This document shows, piece by piece, positions 25,511-39,735 of a stretch of DNA of 60,005 bases. The position numbers and the translations under genes were made by a program. This stretch comes from Aplysia californica (lineage: Eukaryota): contig NW_004798067.1 of the NCBI RefSeq assembly GCF_000002075.1, positions 92,087 to 152,091 of the forward strand, read 5' to 3'. The notes under the pieces are model-generated. The model saw nothing but the letters and a program-made list of their open reading frames with translations. It searched no databases and was not told the DNA's origin. Positions within the stretch are counted from its first letter, which is position 1; every line of letters starts with the position of its first letter.

Positions 25511-26919
25511 CCCTCCAGCCCGGTGTCTTGTATTGGGACCAACTTCCCTACCATCAAAACAACCAATGTTTTTGTGAAGTTTACCGTTGAAAGTCTTACA
25601 GAAGTGGATAAACAAAACAAAACACACCCCCAAAAAAACCCTAAAAAGCTTACCTTTTTTATTCTTAGTAGGATATAGCATGTGAGGCATGTGTACAGCT
25701 TTACTTGAATGTTTGAAGAACATAGCTCGACAACTGTTGGAACAGGAACCGGAATCATTTGTATGTCGTTATGATGTAATTACTGCCTTGTCCTTATGTT
25801 GCTACTTACTCTTGTTATGTTTTCAGCGTTCTATCTTCATTTGGGGGGGGGGGGGGGGGGGCTTTTCGGTTTTCTATTCTTGTTTATACTATCAATTATA
25901 AATTTGTCAATGAGACTCGGGACTGCACTTTCAGCTGTGGGAGGTTGGAGTCCTGCTGTGGATCTCTCTTGTCATTTTTAGTGGAATTGTTGGAAGAGTT
26001 GATGTGACTGTGAGTGAAACAAGACTATGTCATACTTCTGTCCATTCTGTGAATGACATAAGACTGTCATATGGTGTCTTTGGTACACTTGTTGGTATGG
26101 TACCTTATTTTGAAAGAAGTTCTATGAAGAAAGCTCTTGATATTAAGTCTAAAATTTATTCCTTATATTTTCTCCAATCTTGATCTGTGCTTTTGCTAAC
26201 CACTTTTATATTTGGTTCCGTTTTTATTTTTATTTTTACAATGAGACGTTCTTGAGAAAATTAAAAGAAGCTTTTTTTAAAAATTGTTCTAGATGTTGAC
26301 TACACTGCACATTATCTACTGATATACTGGCACAAATTGTGATTAAAGTAAAAATCTATCAAGTAATCCTACCTTTTTGGGAAAGACTTTATGTACCAAT
26401 GGGAATTTGGTTCCAATTGAGAAGACTTGACATTTTTGTCGGAAAAGGAAATAGTTGGATGCTGATGTACACAAAAACAATTTCTGCTTGCCGTCTTACA
26501 GTTTTGACTGGTGCTTTTTCTCTTCTGTACTCCCAGTTTTAGTATTTTGGTATTCTCATTTCCTTTTTGTTTATTACATCAACTTTGCCTAACACCCGCT
26601 TGAAATGATCTGATCCTTGTCATAGAAGATAGAATTTTGTTTTATTTTACTTTTGGGTCAAGACTTTGTCTTTTCCTTTTGTATCAGTGGCCTGAAATGA
26701 AACAACTGCAATGAGATTAAAGAAAGGAAAGTAATTTATTATTGCTAGAAAGAACCAAGCCCACCCACCACATTGTCTTCGTCTGGCAGCTTTCGATACT
26801 GTGTAACGGTGGGTTTGAGGATATTATTATTATATATATTAAAGCATATGTGTGTATATATATAGTATATACCATAGTATCTCTACTTGAGAGTACTCCA
26901 AAGTGAAGATACACAAGGG

Positions 26920-27163
26920 CATCTGTAGTGTAATGGCTAGTTAAGTCTGGCCATTGACCATCTGTAGACACTGTAGTGTAACAGCTAGTTGGGTCCGCCC
27001 CTTCACCATCTGTAGTGTAACGGCAAGTTGGGTCCGCCCCTTCACCATCTGTAGTGTAACAGCTAGTTGGGTCCGCCCCTTCACCATCTGTAGTGTAACA
27101 GCTAGTTGGGTCCGCCCCTTCACCGTCTGTGTGTAACGGCAAGTTGGGTCCGGCCCTTCACCA
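26920..27163. repeat. 39-bp minisatellite, ~5 copies
   Basis: Unit catctgtagtgtaacagctagttgggtccgccccttcac. Confidence 0.9.
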
Positions 27164-30003
27164 TAGCACGCTGTGCGCACGACTTCCGGCCTGGAGCGAG
27201 ACGTGTTGTTGTCTAATATCTGTGCCTGCTTTGATGCCATAGCCACTGTCTGTTTGGATTGACTTTGACTGACTGGCATGGTTGAAGCAGCCAGTCTCAT
27301 CAATGTCCTGATAGGGAAGTAAAACTGCGACTTCGTAGTACAGATGATAGTTAAGGCTGTGGCTCCCCTGAGCTGGCCCATTCTCTGGAGTAGTAGCCTA
27401 CTGTTGTAGAAGACAGACTTTTTTTTTTTTTAAACATAGTTTTTTTTACTCCCCTTCATAGAGCAAGAAATAGCAGACTTTTCGTTAAATGTTGAACTGA
27501 TTTATTTTTTGGGTTTTCGCCCTAATGACAAAGATGTTTCTGTTAATGACAACAATGGTGTTTTACTTTTAGTCAATGTTTCTGCTACAAACGTCCGATT
27601 TTCCTCTGACAGTATTAAGTGCTGGTGTGAAGTGCGTAACTGATCTCTCTATGTCTCTGTGTCATTGTCATAGAATTAAATTATAAATATTGGAATATAT
27701 GGTTGCTTATGTTTGTGTGAATGGAGCTTTGGAACCCAGGGGCTTGCACCGTGCAGCTCATCTTGCAGGGGGGTGGGGGGGGGCAGAAGAGTTTAAAAAT
27801 TACCGATTATGAATGAAATACTAGTTAGGACTTACAGTCACAGCAAAACAAAATGAAAAGATTTGTGACTTTTGCCCATACCATCCATGCATTTCTCTTT
27901 TCCATAAATCTTCAATTGTACTTGCTCCAGGTAGAGCGTATGTAAAAAAAGTAATAGATCTATGGTTTTTAAAAATTGATATTGATATATTGTGGGGAAA
28001 GTTGGTTCACAACATACAATGCTACATGCAATAATTTGTCAACATTTCATAACCCACATTATGGCATCAGCTCAAGATCACAATGTTGCTGGCTGGCCAG
28101 GTGTCGCCGTGTCTTGCTCAAGGACTGCCCACCTACATCACGTTGTGTTTGACCTTGTGGCCGGCCTGGTGTTTCCGTGTCTTGCTCAAGGACGTCCCAC
28201 CTAAACGACATTCATCATGTTAGACCTTGTGGCCGGCCTGAGATCACTTATCACTCGGCCACTGGAGCCCTCTTAGGACATGCGGCGTTACGTGGCATGG
28301 GGCTACAGAGAAAAGAGAAAAGTACACATTTTTTTTTTTACCAAGGTAGCCTTCCTGGTTTGGCATGGCTTCCCTTGTGTATTTCAACCATGATTTATCC
28401 CAAGCCGACGTACTGGCTGTCCGGAAGAGAGTTTGTTATGTCTAGGTTTTTCCCTGTCCCTCACTCTTCATCGACATGATTTGTTTTGGCAGTCGTGCAC
28501 ATTCCTGCAGTCACATGTTTGCATTCCCCTGACTCGGAGACTGACTCGATGACTCAACGACAATCGGATTATTCCCCGGTTCACCGCGTCGGTTGTAAAC
28601 AAAGCCTGGTCAAGTTTCTTCTCAAACTTCAGTGCCTGTGCAGAACATCATCTCTCACCTTTTCTTGTGCTGTAAAACATTATTTTTTTCTCTTTCTTTT
28701 TTGTTTTTTGTTGTTTGTTTGGGTTTTTTTGGATCCGAGGTGGTGTTTGTTTATCATCAGGTCATGACTCGTTGTTTGTGTTATTCATGATATTGGGCAC
28801 CCTCTTGCCACCACTGAAATTTTTCAAAAGTTATCGTTTTTAAAATAAATCTTTGAGCAATAAACTTGGTGTTATGAATAGATGAATGACTTCCCATAAG
28901 TAGTTGAAAAAGTGCTGTAAAAAGACTCTTGAATGGGAGCATTGAAGTGTGTAATGCCTCCCGTTGTTTTCTACCATCCGCACGTGTAGATTTGTCTAGG
29001 ACTTGGACATGATCGTGTTTTCCTGGGCTGTCTACGACATCACCACTTTGTACCCACCGTCCTCATTCTTGTTTATGTCTTTTTCCCCTGTGTATGTCTC
29101 AGTTGGGAACGTTCACAGCACGTCTTTCCTACGCCCTTGTTGAGCATATATCAATTAAGCTCCCTGACATTGGTCTCATGTGTCATACACTGGACAATCA
29201 TCAATGTGTGAATACTGCGGGGTGTAGAAATGCTACAATCATACTTATTCTTGAAGGATTAAGTGACAATGCTGTCATGACATTCGCAGCCAAGAGCTTT
29301 TGACTTTTCTTTATTTGGAAATGAAAAATTTTTAGTCGGAAATTTGAATCAGATAGATCTAGTTAATAAGATGGATCTTATAAATATATTTCCTTTCATA
29401 GTTGATAAGGTGAAACCATTTCACCTAAGTGTGCAGTGTGATTAATGGATGTTCATTTCTAGTTTGGTGATTTTGATGATGTTTCTGCTGACACTGTTAA
29501 CCATCTTCATTGAGGTTTGTAATGTAAGCCCTCTTTCTTTGTCAGCGAGCAGCGAGTTGTGAAGAACTTGTTTTGAACATGATGATAAGGGCAGCTTAGA
29601 CTTACGGTCTTCTCAAAGTTCAGGCTTCAACTCAAACTTTACTGTGCTCTGAGGTGGTGTGAGGACGCAAGCACTGTAGCTTCTCTTGTTGTGAAGGAGA
29701 AAGTTTTTAATTTTTAGTGTAAGCTGGGGGGTTTTTCTTTTTCTTTTTTTAAAAATTGGTTTTTATTCCGTTGAAGTGTAAAACACACTTCTGATTCAGC
29801 TGAGGGATTTGGTGTTTGTTGATGCCAGACCCTTCTATCACTGTTGAACCGTTTGAAAACTTTACCATCCCATATGTATACATGTGCCATTGTGTTCCCA
29901 GCACGTGAGACACCCGTCTCTTCATGTGTGCGTTGATCCCATTTGTTTCATCGTCAGGGTCGTTATGTTTTGACAACGTTTTTCAAGATTTCTGTAACGT
30001 ATA

Positions 30004-30097
30004 TTCAACAATTGTCGCCCCAGAACTATTTTGTCCACAGTGCCTTCTTTACTTAAGTACACTTTGGACAAAATAGATCTGAAACGATTGGTTGAAA
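30004..30097. mobile_element. Short palindromic MITE, copy 2
   Basis: gtcgccccagaactattttgtcca...acttaagtacactttggacaaaatag; reverse-orientation relative of 5946-6013. Confidence 0.6.
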
Positions 30098-31727
30098 TAA
30101 GGTAGATGTTGTATGAAATGTGGTCATTTTCAGCTTGTGTTCACGTGTATGTTAGTGCAACCACTATTTGTGTATGTAGTGCAACCGTTGTTGTTTTGAT
30201 ATATATATTATATGAATTGTTACAGTTACAGTAGCGGTTCTTTGAATCTTGCAATTTGGCTTGTTGGTGACTTTTTACAATTTCTGAAATGTAACTTTTA
30301 ATGTTTACTCAGTTTGTGAATGGTAACTGTGGGACTGAAATATGAGCATACTCCACTTTGGTACATTATCTATCAAAATATTTGGCATTATTCATTGTGC
30401 AGTCAGTTAATTGTCTGTCTTTGAGCTAAAGATAGTCGGTAAGCATCCTCCACCAACCTTGTACTTGTAGTCTACTGTTGTTGGAATGACAACACTCTCT
30501 GACTCGGAAGGAATTAGTGAAGACCACACTCAGACTCAGATGGGAATTAGTGAGCAGTGAGTCTCACATGCTACTTTTCACAACTGACCAAAATTCTTGT
30601 TTTTTTTATAAACGCTTGTTTGTGTAGCCACACAGTTAACTGAACCTCATGATATATATATAAATAAATAAGTTTGACTCTGAGAAGTGGAACGTATATT
30701 ATGTTTAAAACAGTATGTTTTCAGGCATGCCTTTTTGTCAAGATTGAAAAAGGTAACAAGGAATACATGAAATTGAGAAAAAAATTACATGTAGAGACTC
30801 CAGTCAATGGGCATTGTGGTATATACCTCACAAAACACTAAGAAGTTGCTGAAAGTTAAGTATGGTCCATAGATTTTACTGAAAATGTGGTCTGTGGATG
30901 TTACTGACTTAAAACTCTTGCCATCTTTGTTTACTGCTTCTATGGTTCACCTCACTTTGTACGCGTATATTGTATTATAGCCTCCTACTATATATAACTC
31001 TTCTAAGACAGTGCCTTGCAAACCAGGACGGATGAAGTCCCTCATTTTTATCTTCTTACACGATAGTCCCTGGTTTCCCCTGAAAGTCAAGTGTCGTGCA
31101 TGTGCATGTTGAAGTTTACTATCTTTTTATTTAGTATCAGGGAAAGTATTTCTCTCAGCCAGGGGGGTCAAAGTCAAACTACTAGTTGTCATGAATCATT
31201 CACTTCTTCCCCCCCCCCCCCCCCCCCCCCCCCATATACTCTGAGGGAATTTTGCAACTAATACTAGATCTACCTCAAGTAGCGTGTCTGGTTGGTCATT
31301 TGAAATCTTCTTAACAACAGGTCTGTTTTGACCTCATGGCTGGGATAAGTACTTGTACTGTAGTCCGCATTTTGTAACTTGTTATTTAAAGGAAACATTT
31401 ACATTTAATCAAAGTTAATGAATATGATGAAATTTATGCTGGTATAAAATGCCTTCCTTTCCATTTATGCTGCTACTGCTACGGATAATAAGTTTCAAGG
31501 TCTTGGGTTCATTGACAGACCCATGAAGAGTATGTGGGAGCATGATCTGTTCATTTATTATATATGTTATCATTTATGATCTATTCATTCATTATGTGTA
31601 TCATTTATGATGAAGTGCATACATACATGTATGTGAAATAATGTTACAGTGCATACTTGGTTAAGATGATCATTGTTGTCCGTCAGTTGCTCCGTGTACT
31701 CTTTGTGTTCCTGTTACCATAGAGAGG

Positions 31728-31733
31728 AATAAA
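31728..31733 (+). terminator. Candidate distal polyadenylation signal of UPRT
   Basis: AATAAA followed ~20-35 nt later by GT/T-rich sequence, at the point where the T-rich plus-strand skew ends. Confidence 0.35.
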
Positions 31734-31831
31734 GCATGCATATCCTACCGTGGTTATTCTGTGTCCTTTCTATTATTAATTATTATTAGTGAAAAAGATG
31801 AACTGTCTTTTGTTTATGTCAGTTGTAAACC

Positions 31832-32196
31832 TTAGTTCTTGTTTTTGTTTGTTTTAGTAGAGGTTTTACGGCGCTCGCAACTGTAAATGAGCGCCAGAAG
31901 ATTAGAGGTGTTACAAGAGAGTAACAAACATAAAAAAGAAGAAGGGAAGATAAGGACGATAGATGTTTCAATGGAAAGAAGAAGCAAACCACACCAGAGC
32001 ACCTGCCAACAGCCCACATTCTTGTTTTTAGTAAGCATTTAAGTAATGGCACTCGCAACACAATAAGATCATATGAGTGCCGAAGAATATAGGGGTGTTA
32101 CATCAGAGTAACACACACAAAAAAGGAGAGATGAATATGACAGATGTTTGATAGGAAAGGAGCAAACCACACCAGAGGCACCCATCAACCACCCAC
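31832..32196 (-). mobile_element. Two tandem copies of the ~175-bp retroposon 3' end
   Basis: Homologous to 18641-18816 and 39552-39735; A-rich tail on the minus strand at 31832-31858. Confidence 0.65.
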
Positions 32197-32208
32197 CTAT
32201 ATAAGGAG

Positions 32209-32210
<2 letters not shown>

Positions 32211-32278
<68 letters not shown>
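32211..32278. repeat. (TA)n microsatellite
   Basis: Perfect TA run of about 33 units. Confidence 0.95.
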
Positions 32279-32286
<8 letters not shown>

Positions 32287-35200
32287 AGATGTTGACACCA
32301 CAAAAATGCTGATATGGAAGAACAACAGGACAAAGGGATTGGTTTGATCACAGGTGTCTATTCAGAATAAAAATGTCGACCTACAAACAAATCAAAAGTG
32401 AGCATTGTAAAAAGGACATGAACAAAACAAGATATTTCTATCATCGAAATGATACGGGTTCAGAAACTTCCAATTGGTTATTGAGTACAGTACCACATGT
32501 GCAGTAACAACACGTGTGCCGCTCCATGCAATAACAACACTCCGAATGTGTGGAAATTTGTGTAAAAACAAACAGGATAAGTAAGAGAGGAAAATTGTTT
32601 GCTGATAGTGATACTATTTGTGACACTGATCGCACTGACAGGGCATGTGGTATTTAATTTGAACACAGCCAAACTGCAAACACATGATACACACTGCTAG
32701 TAACAAGAGCCTGAAAGCAAAAGGAATCACTATGCATTTATTCAGACTAATAGATTCTACAACACTGATATCTTTATTTTTATACCAGCAGTCTCTGGTC
32801 AGCAGTATACCTCCCTCGCCATTCTCATCATCCCGTGAAAAGAATTTATCACAAGATCTATTTGATATTAATTCAGTATAACAAGCAAACAGGTTGCACA
32901 ATGCAGCGAACCAAAAACATGGCAATCCTGAAAAGGGAGCACAAGAAAAATTGCTGAAACACTCAAACTCAAACATCTCATTCAGGTCAGGGCAGCTAGG
33001 AGGTATGCACCTGGAGCAAACACAACACTCACCTGGTGACTGCACGAGGCGACAGTAAACTGACCGCACGAGGTAACAATCAACTGACCGCACAAGATGA
33101 GAGTCAACCGACTGCACAAGGTCACACGATGACAGTCAACTGACTGCACAAGGTCAAATAAATCAACTACACTCTCAGGGAACTTCACACGCAGAATATT
33201 TTTGTTTTTTTATCTCGAGCACACCACAAAATTAGTTTTAGTCGACTACAAACAAGCACATAAAAGCTTAGCCTTTATCAGCACACACCACGATGAATGA
33301 AGGAAGGAGAAAAAAAAGAAAAGGTTGCAGACAGAGGTCCACAAGTCCCATGTGCAGTTCTCAGCTCCCGGCAAGAACTAAGCAACGTAACTCGACATTT
33401 CACATCCCCTGCTGTGAAGGCACAGACAGTAAATAATACAGGATAAGTATTTTGTGTTGTGTGGTTGGGCAAGAACACATCTTTAAGTAAGTAGTGGTAG
33501 AAGAACAAGCAAAGATAGAAATGGCTAGGTATCAACAAAAAAAAGAAAAAGATATTTCATATACAGATATCGACTGCTTAGTGTAAGACAAGAAGACTCC
33601 CCCATACGACATTTTAAAAAGTGATGTCTTGACATTTACAAAGTGACGTATGAGTGACTGGGTCTTACACTAAGCAGCTCATATGTGCTTATATATATAT
33701 AATTATATTTACACTTTATACATGGGTAAGAGGTCTATCACACAATTCATATTTTAATATTATAACAAATAATGCAAGCAATGAAAGAAGGGTAATAAAA
33801 CACCTCTCTAAATCTCAGCTCCTTCTCCAGATTAGTGTATTTAAAAACTGAGGAACATCCGCCAACAGAGCTGAGTCGGAAAATTTCGCTGATTTAGCAA
33901 CAGTGGAACACCCTGTACCCTGTACTTCAAAGTTCTGTTCCAAAACTTCTTCAACTTCCATCTTCAGTTTGGCAATATGCCATGGGCTGTTAACAGCTAA
34001 GAGGATACTTGTCATGACGAAGAGAAGAATGAACTATTCTGTTACACTTGAAGACTTAAATCAGTCTCACTTAAATCAATACTATATAGGCTATGTATTC
34101 TATATACCGGTATATATAAAATGGAAGATGTATTTTGATATTGTTATTAATCTACTACTACATAACCATCGCAGAAGTCACAGCAAAGTCAACTCAGTTA
34201 TACTGTTTACAAACGGTAGGCAATGAACTTTTATGTACTATAATTTGTCATGTAGTCACCACAAAGAAAAGGTTGCACTCAACCCAGTAGTAATCTATCA
34301 ATGTGTATTCGTGTATTTCTCCTCAATAAAAATTCTTTACTCAGCTGAGTAAAACTGCAGAACATGGCAAACACATGACAAAAGTCATTCACAGCTTCAG
34401 TTTAGAGGCATCGTACCTGAGACCAACATCCTACCATTTTGATATATAAAGATTACAAACACTACTTTGGGACAATTCAATGCTTCAAAATCAACAGACA
34501 TTAATCTCAAAGGATTTCACTGCATTCTTTAATCAGCTGGAGGCTTGAGGTTGACCCATCATAACTGGCTCAGGATTGTGTCACAACTCCGCACAGAATG
34601 TCCGGTGTTATCCTACAGACGTTCAAAGACTTACACGATGAGCCACATCACTGAACTTTTTTTAGCCCGACCAGTTCTACACAACACAGTAAAGAATTTT
34701 AAAGAGAGAAATTTTATCAGCACCAAGTGCGAAAGTTAAAAATCCCCTACAGCGTGAAAAATAAAATGAAAGGTGGGACCTTTTGACACACAGCACACCA
34801 CTAACACATGGCTGGTATGTTGTCATTCGTGTGCTTCGTTCAACAAAAACTAAAATCACACCCAGCATTTGCCTTCATTCACATGTTGGGCCAAGTTCCC
34901 ACTGGTTGGGACTCCTCAGCTCACATGGACAATAAATACAGTCTAGGGTTCACACATCCATGCAATACAACCATGTTTTCTCACCAGCAATGATATGAAA
35001 ATATAAACCAAAAGGAAAAAAACAAAACAACAAAAAATCCAACAAAAAAAACAAAACAAACAAACATTTTTAAAAACTGAACTGACAGTCTTTCACTGTA
35101 GTGTAACTTTTGCCTCATCTTGAACGTGACGTGGAGATCAAGGTATGATATGACTATGGCAGAACTATACCATTCAAGTATAATAATTTGTGACTTTTTG

Positions 35201-38200
35201 AACTCCATAGGAGTGATGAACAAAGCAGCAAAATACAGCTGAGCTGGCACCCCAAGCAAGATAAACCCAGTGCCAGTACTTGGGGCGCTCAAAGACAAAT
35301 TACAAACTGGAAGTTTTGCCGTGCACTTCAAACTGCCAACTATATGTTGTAGAGAAGGCGTCAAGTGAGCGCCACCATTACGCTCAAGGTGTCAACCGAG
35401 CGCCACTATGTTCAAAACAGATTGCAACATTATTGCTTTGTTTTCATGGCCATTGTATAAGAAACAAAAGGTCTCCACCCCACAGAGATTTTGTACCTCG
35501 CACAAAACGTGCAGGAGTCAAAAACATACAAATTCATTCTACAACTCTACAATTGCACAGGGTGCATATATTGCTATCAGCATGGACAAAACATAAGGTA
35601 GTGACTTGTTCAATGGAAAAAAGGGGGGAATAAAAGTTTAAACAAAAAAACAAAGGTAAATTAAAACAACAAATTGAACACTAGGGAGAAGGATCCAAAG
35701 GGACTTACTGGTAACTTATCAAACACAAGAATCTTACAGCCACCACTGCTGGTTCCCTATGACAAAAAAGTCCACAACTTCAACCATGATAAACTCAAAG
35801 TTTTTGTTAGAGATGAAACACCACTGACAAATCCCAACATGTTAGGACCGATTTTTCAACCAAAACTTCATTGTAAATTGAAAACAAAACGGCATAAAAC
35901 GCAAAATGAATGTTAGACTGAAACTTATTTTTAAGCGGACATAATAAAACAAAAGAAAAAAATGTCTGAACAGTGTCATAACTTAGAACAAGCACCGCTG
36001 ACGACAGCTCAAATTCTGACTTTTGTTGAAAAACTTGATTGAGATCTTTAGCACTACAGGTTGCAGCAGGGAACATGGTTGACAACAGAACACTAGTCGA
36101 AACGGGAGATCATTCCTCGAAATCTGAGGAGAAAAAAAAACAAAATTAGATCAAATGGACGTGGTGGGGGAGTGTTAAGATAGCAACCCTACTTATATTT
36201 AAGTCAATACAGATAGTAGACAGAATGGTTTTTGTCTATTCACTTATTATTTCACACACACAAAAAAAAGAACATTTTCTTGGCTGTGCACACACAAAAC
36301 GGATTGCATATCAATGTAAAACAAAAAAAAATCCCCCCCCCCCCCCTATCAATTTCATGCTCTAACACCCCCCCCCCCCCTTCCCCCCAATTTTTTCTCT
36401 TCCCATTTCACAAGTCTACATCTCCTAACTTTCTACTGAGGAACTAATAAAAAACAGAACAAGGCTTTACTTCACTGAAACAAACAAATCCTAGGGCTTT
36501 TATTCACAGAGACAGTATAATATGTCACTCACCACTGCAAGAAACGTGGGAGCTACTCAGTATATTGCACCTCATTGGATCCCTGCAATGTAACAAACAA
36601 TACAATCAAATCTTTCAAACAAATATGCGGTTACAGACAGAAATGCAAGAAATTAGTAAACATCTAACATCTCCAAAAGTGAAACCTCGTGTTGTAGAGC
36701 ATTTTTCAGTTTCAAGTGTATAGAAATAAAAGGACTAGTCCACTCTGTGTGCTATCACATGCGAGTGCTCGAGAAATATTTTATCCAAATTCCAAATCAA
36801 AATGTTTTTTAAAAAAATATTTTAAAAAAACCCAACCCCCCAACCAAAGAGATACTTTATGTCGACATAATTGTTTTAAAAAATAAAGTTTTATTTCTCT
36901 CCCCAGAAACTATTTGCTTTCTCGGCTAAAAAGAGTTGAAGAGCCTGTCAACAATTTATCCATTGAGTTGACACCTTCATGACCTGCCCTCCAGTCACTG
37001 GCTAATCAGTCAGGACCATGGCAGACGAAACAATTCTGTGCTCTGAACCGAAAAACCCAAACGTTTCATGCATTACTTAATATAGTACAAATTTCGAGGA
37101 ACCATAAGAAAGTAGACTCTAAATGATTGCAAACAATCTCAATGATAACCTCAGAAAGCGATCATTATGCAAATACCGAACTGCATTGAAAGAAAGATAG
37201 AATTTCGTAAAGGAATAAATATGCATGAGTACCAAACAAGAAAAAGAAAAAAAAAGAACATAAACCAACAACCAATATTTGAAAATATAACCCCCCTCTC
37301 TCCCAACAAAAAATAAAACCAAAATCCACAAAGACAGAACAGATGCAGGGGGAAATTTTGGTGCAACATTTAACTTAAACAATAATTTTGTTAATAGAAG
37401 AGTAGCAATTTACAGAACAGACCCTGAAATTAAACATCTAAAGACCATACACAAAAAAAGTCAGGAAAGTCAAGACTGTGGCACAGAAACTGTGACAATA
37501 TTGTGTATAAAATGTGCTACTTTGAACACAGGAGAAGTTACGGAGTTATTACTTTCAACAAAAGTGAACGCAAAATCTTGAAAGACACAGACATTTCAGT
37601 CTACAGTGAAGATTGAGGTAACATTGGAAAAAAAAAAAAGCTCAAAAGGAGATACTCAAAGTACTTCTTTTTAGATTTAAAGGTAAGTTGTTTGCTGTTT
37701 TTCTTAACTTCGATCGGGAACTGCGGCTTACTGCACAAGAACTTCAAGATGATGGAATCTATAAAATGTATTTTCTCGTTGTTTTTCCTTAGTGAAGTGA
37801 TATTCTCCTCTTTCACGAGTACCCCTGCCACTCTCTTCGGTTAAACTGTTCTCAAACCGACAGACAGAAAAACACATGGGAAAAACGATTGACTTACTGA
37901 CCTACTGACCTGCTTCAAAGTTATGAAGAGAAAACAAAAGACAATTTTGGCTATTTTTTGAAGCGTTGAAAAATTAATAAAGAAAATTACATTGGCATAA
38001 ATTTAATCCCTACAACCTCTTAAAAGAAACAATGAAATGGAGCTCATTTCTCATTAAAAAAATAAACAAACAAACAAACAACAAAACCCCCACCAGAACC
38101 TCTATCCCCAGCACAAAATACAAACTATAAACCAGTTTCAGGCAACTGGCATTGAAGTAAGACTCAATGAACATGTGACACGAAAGAAACACTACCGAAA

Positions 38201-39551
38201 CTGAAGATTTGACCATGCAATCCATAACAATAACACTTCTCATGCACAGAAAGTAATCTAGGAAACTACAAGTCTGGGAAAAATTGCCCCAAAAACGAAA
38301 TGAAAGATTAAAAAAAAAAAGAATGTTACAACAGCCGTATCAGTCAAAAGGAAGACATTGCTTTAGTACCTGTATGGTTCTAGTCTTCAACAACAGGTTT
38401 TCCCTGGGGATGACAAACGGACAGAAAAAAAACCCTCACTTCAGTTTCACTTTAAGACAGAGACAAACGGAGAGAAAAAAACCCTCACTTTAGTTTCACT
38501 TTAAGACAGAACAAAAACTGAAGAAACAGTAAGCACGAATTCCGAGAGTAGTCTGAAGTGGAAGGACCCTACCCCTATCCCTCTGTGTTCTGAGGCAGGT
38601 ACTTGAGGTACATTCATCACATGTCATATGTCTCCAAACCAAACTTTCAAGTGGTAAGTCTACTCATTTTTTAAAAATGTTCCCCCAGAAAAGATAAACA
38701 TCAATAAAAAAACTGCACCTGTTTTCCTGGCTTAAACTGTGTAAATATCTTTACTTTGTATCTATCAGGTACAGAACAAATTATTCCTTATGTATATAGT
38801 AGAATATTTCAGTATTTTACTAAGAAGGCCAACCTGCAACCATGGATAAATATTGACACGCATTAAAAAGGAACACGACTTACCTTTCGACATCTCCCCC
38901 AAAAAAAAGTTTTAAAATTAATTTATTTTAAAAACTGTTGCACTGCATACATAGAAACGTAGTAACACTCACAAATACTTTTTCAAAACCTGTTATTTCA
39001 GCATCAATATTTGGGGTACAGACAGCCATACAGAATATCAGTGTGGTTAACCAATGTGCTCGCTTTGCAAATAATCTGCTTTGGATTCAGCCCAAGAAGC
39101 CGAATCGCTCAGAAAAGTTTACAAGTACAAGTATAGGAATAGTGATCTAATACAAATATTATTTCAAATTTTCATAAAATTTCCTCGTGTCATTTCAATT
39201 CAATAATGTCATCTGGAGGCAAAGATAACTTTTTTAACATAAAAAGTTAGTAATAACATCATGCTGTCCTGGAAAAGAAATTTAAAAAAAAAAAAAAAAT
39301 TTTTTCAATCCGTGAAACAAAAAACAAAAAAGCCCCGGTCAAAAGTGTATCTTAACCTCAGTTGCAATCAACAAACAAGGCAGACCAGTGGTGAATGCCA
39401 GAGCTGTACAAATGCATGAGTTAGATGTGCTAGGGAGGCTCTCATTGTCCGTGTGTTTGTTGGGGGGAGGGGGGGGGGGGGGGGGGGTGAGAGGGGGGTG
39501 AGGGGGTTTATCGTTTGGGAGATTCAGTGTGCACCTCACAAGCCAGTGCAA

Positions 39552-39735
39552 ACTCTTTAGTTTTAGTAAGAGTTTTACTGCACTTGCAACACAATAAGGT
39601 CATACAGGTGCCAAAGATCAGAGGTGTTACAAGAGGGTAACAAATACAAAAAAAGAAGGAGGAGAGATTAGGGCGATAGATGTTTGATAGGAAAGAAGTA
39701 GCAAACCACACTAAACACCACCCGCCAACCACCCA
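39552..39735 (-). mobile_element. ~175-bp retroposon 3' end copy
   Basis: Homologous to 18641-18816 (inverted) and 31851-32196. Confidence 0.65.

Noticed and set aside
24964-25678. Three ~200-aa ORFs; CRISPR-like appearance
   Set aside because: A 34-bp head-to-tail tandem repeat with no unique spacers, no cas genes and a eukaryotic context.
26717-27381. 141-aa and 146-aa minus-strand ORFs
   Set aside because: Extended by the 39-bp repeat; no recognisable domain or splice structure.
31209-31233. Poly-C/G tracts as G-quadruplex elements (also 10092, 25842, 39462-39507)
   Set aside because: Such homopolymers are scattered throughout the window with no positional pattern.
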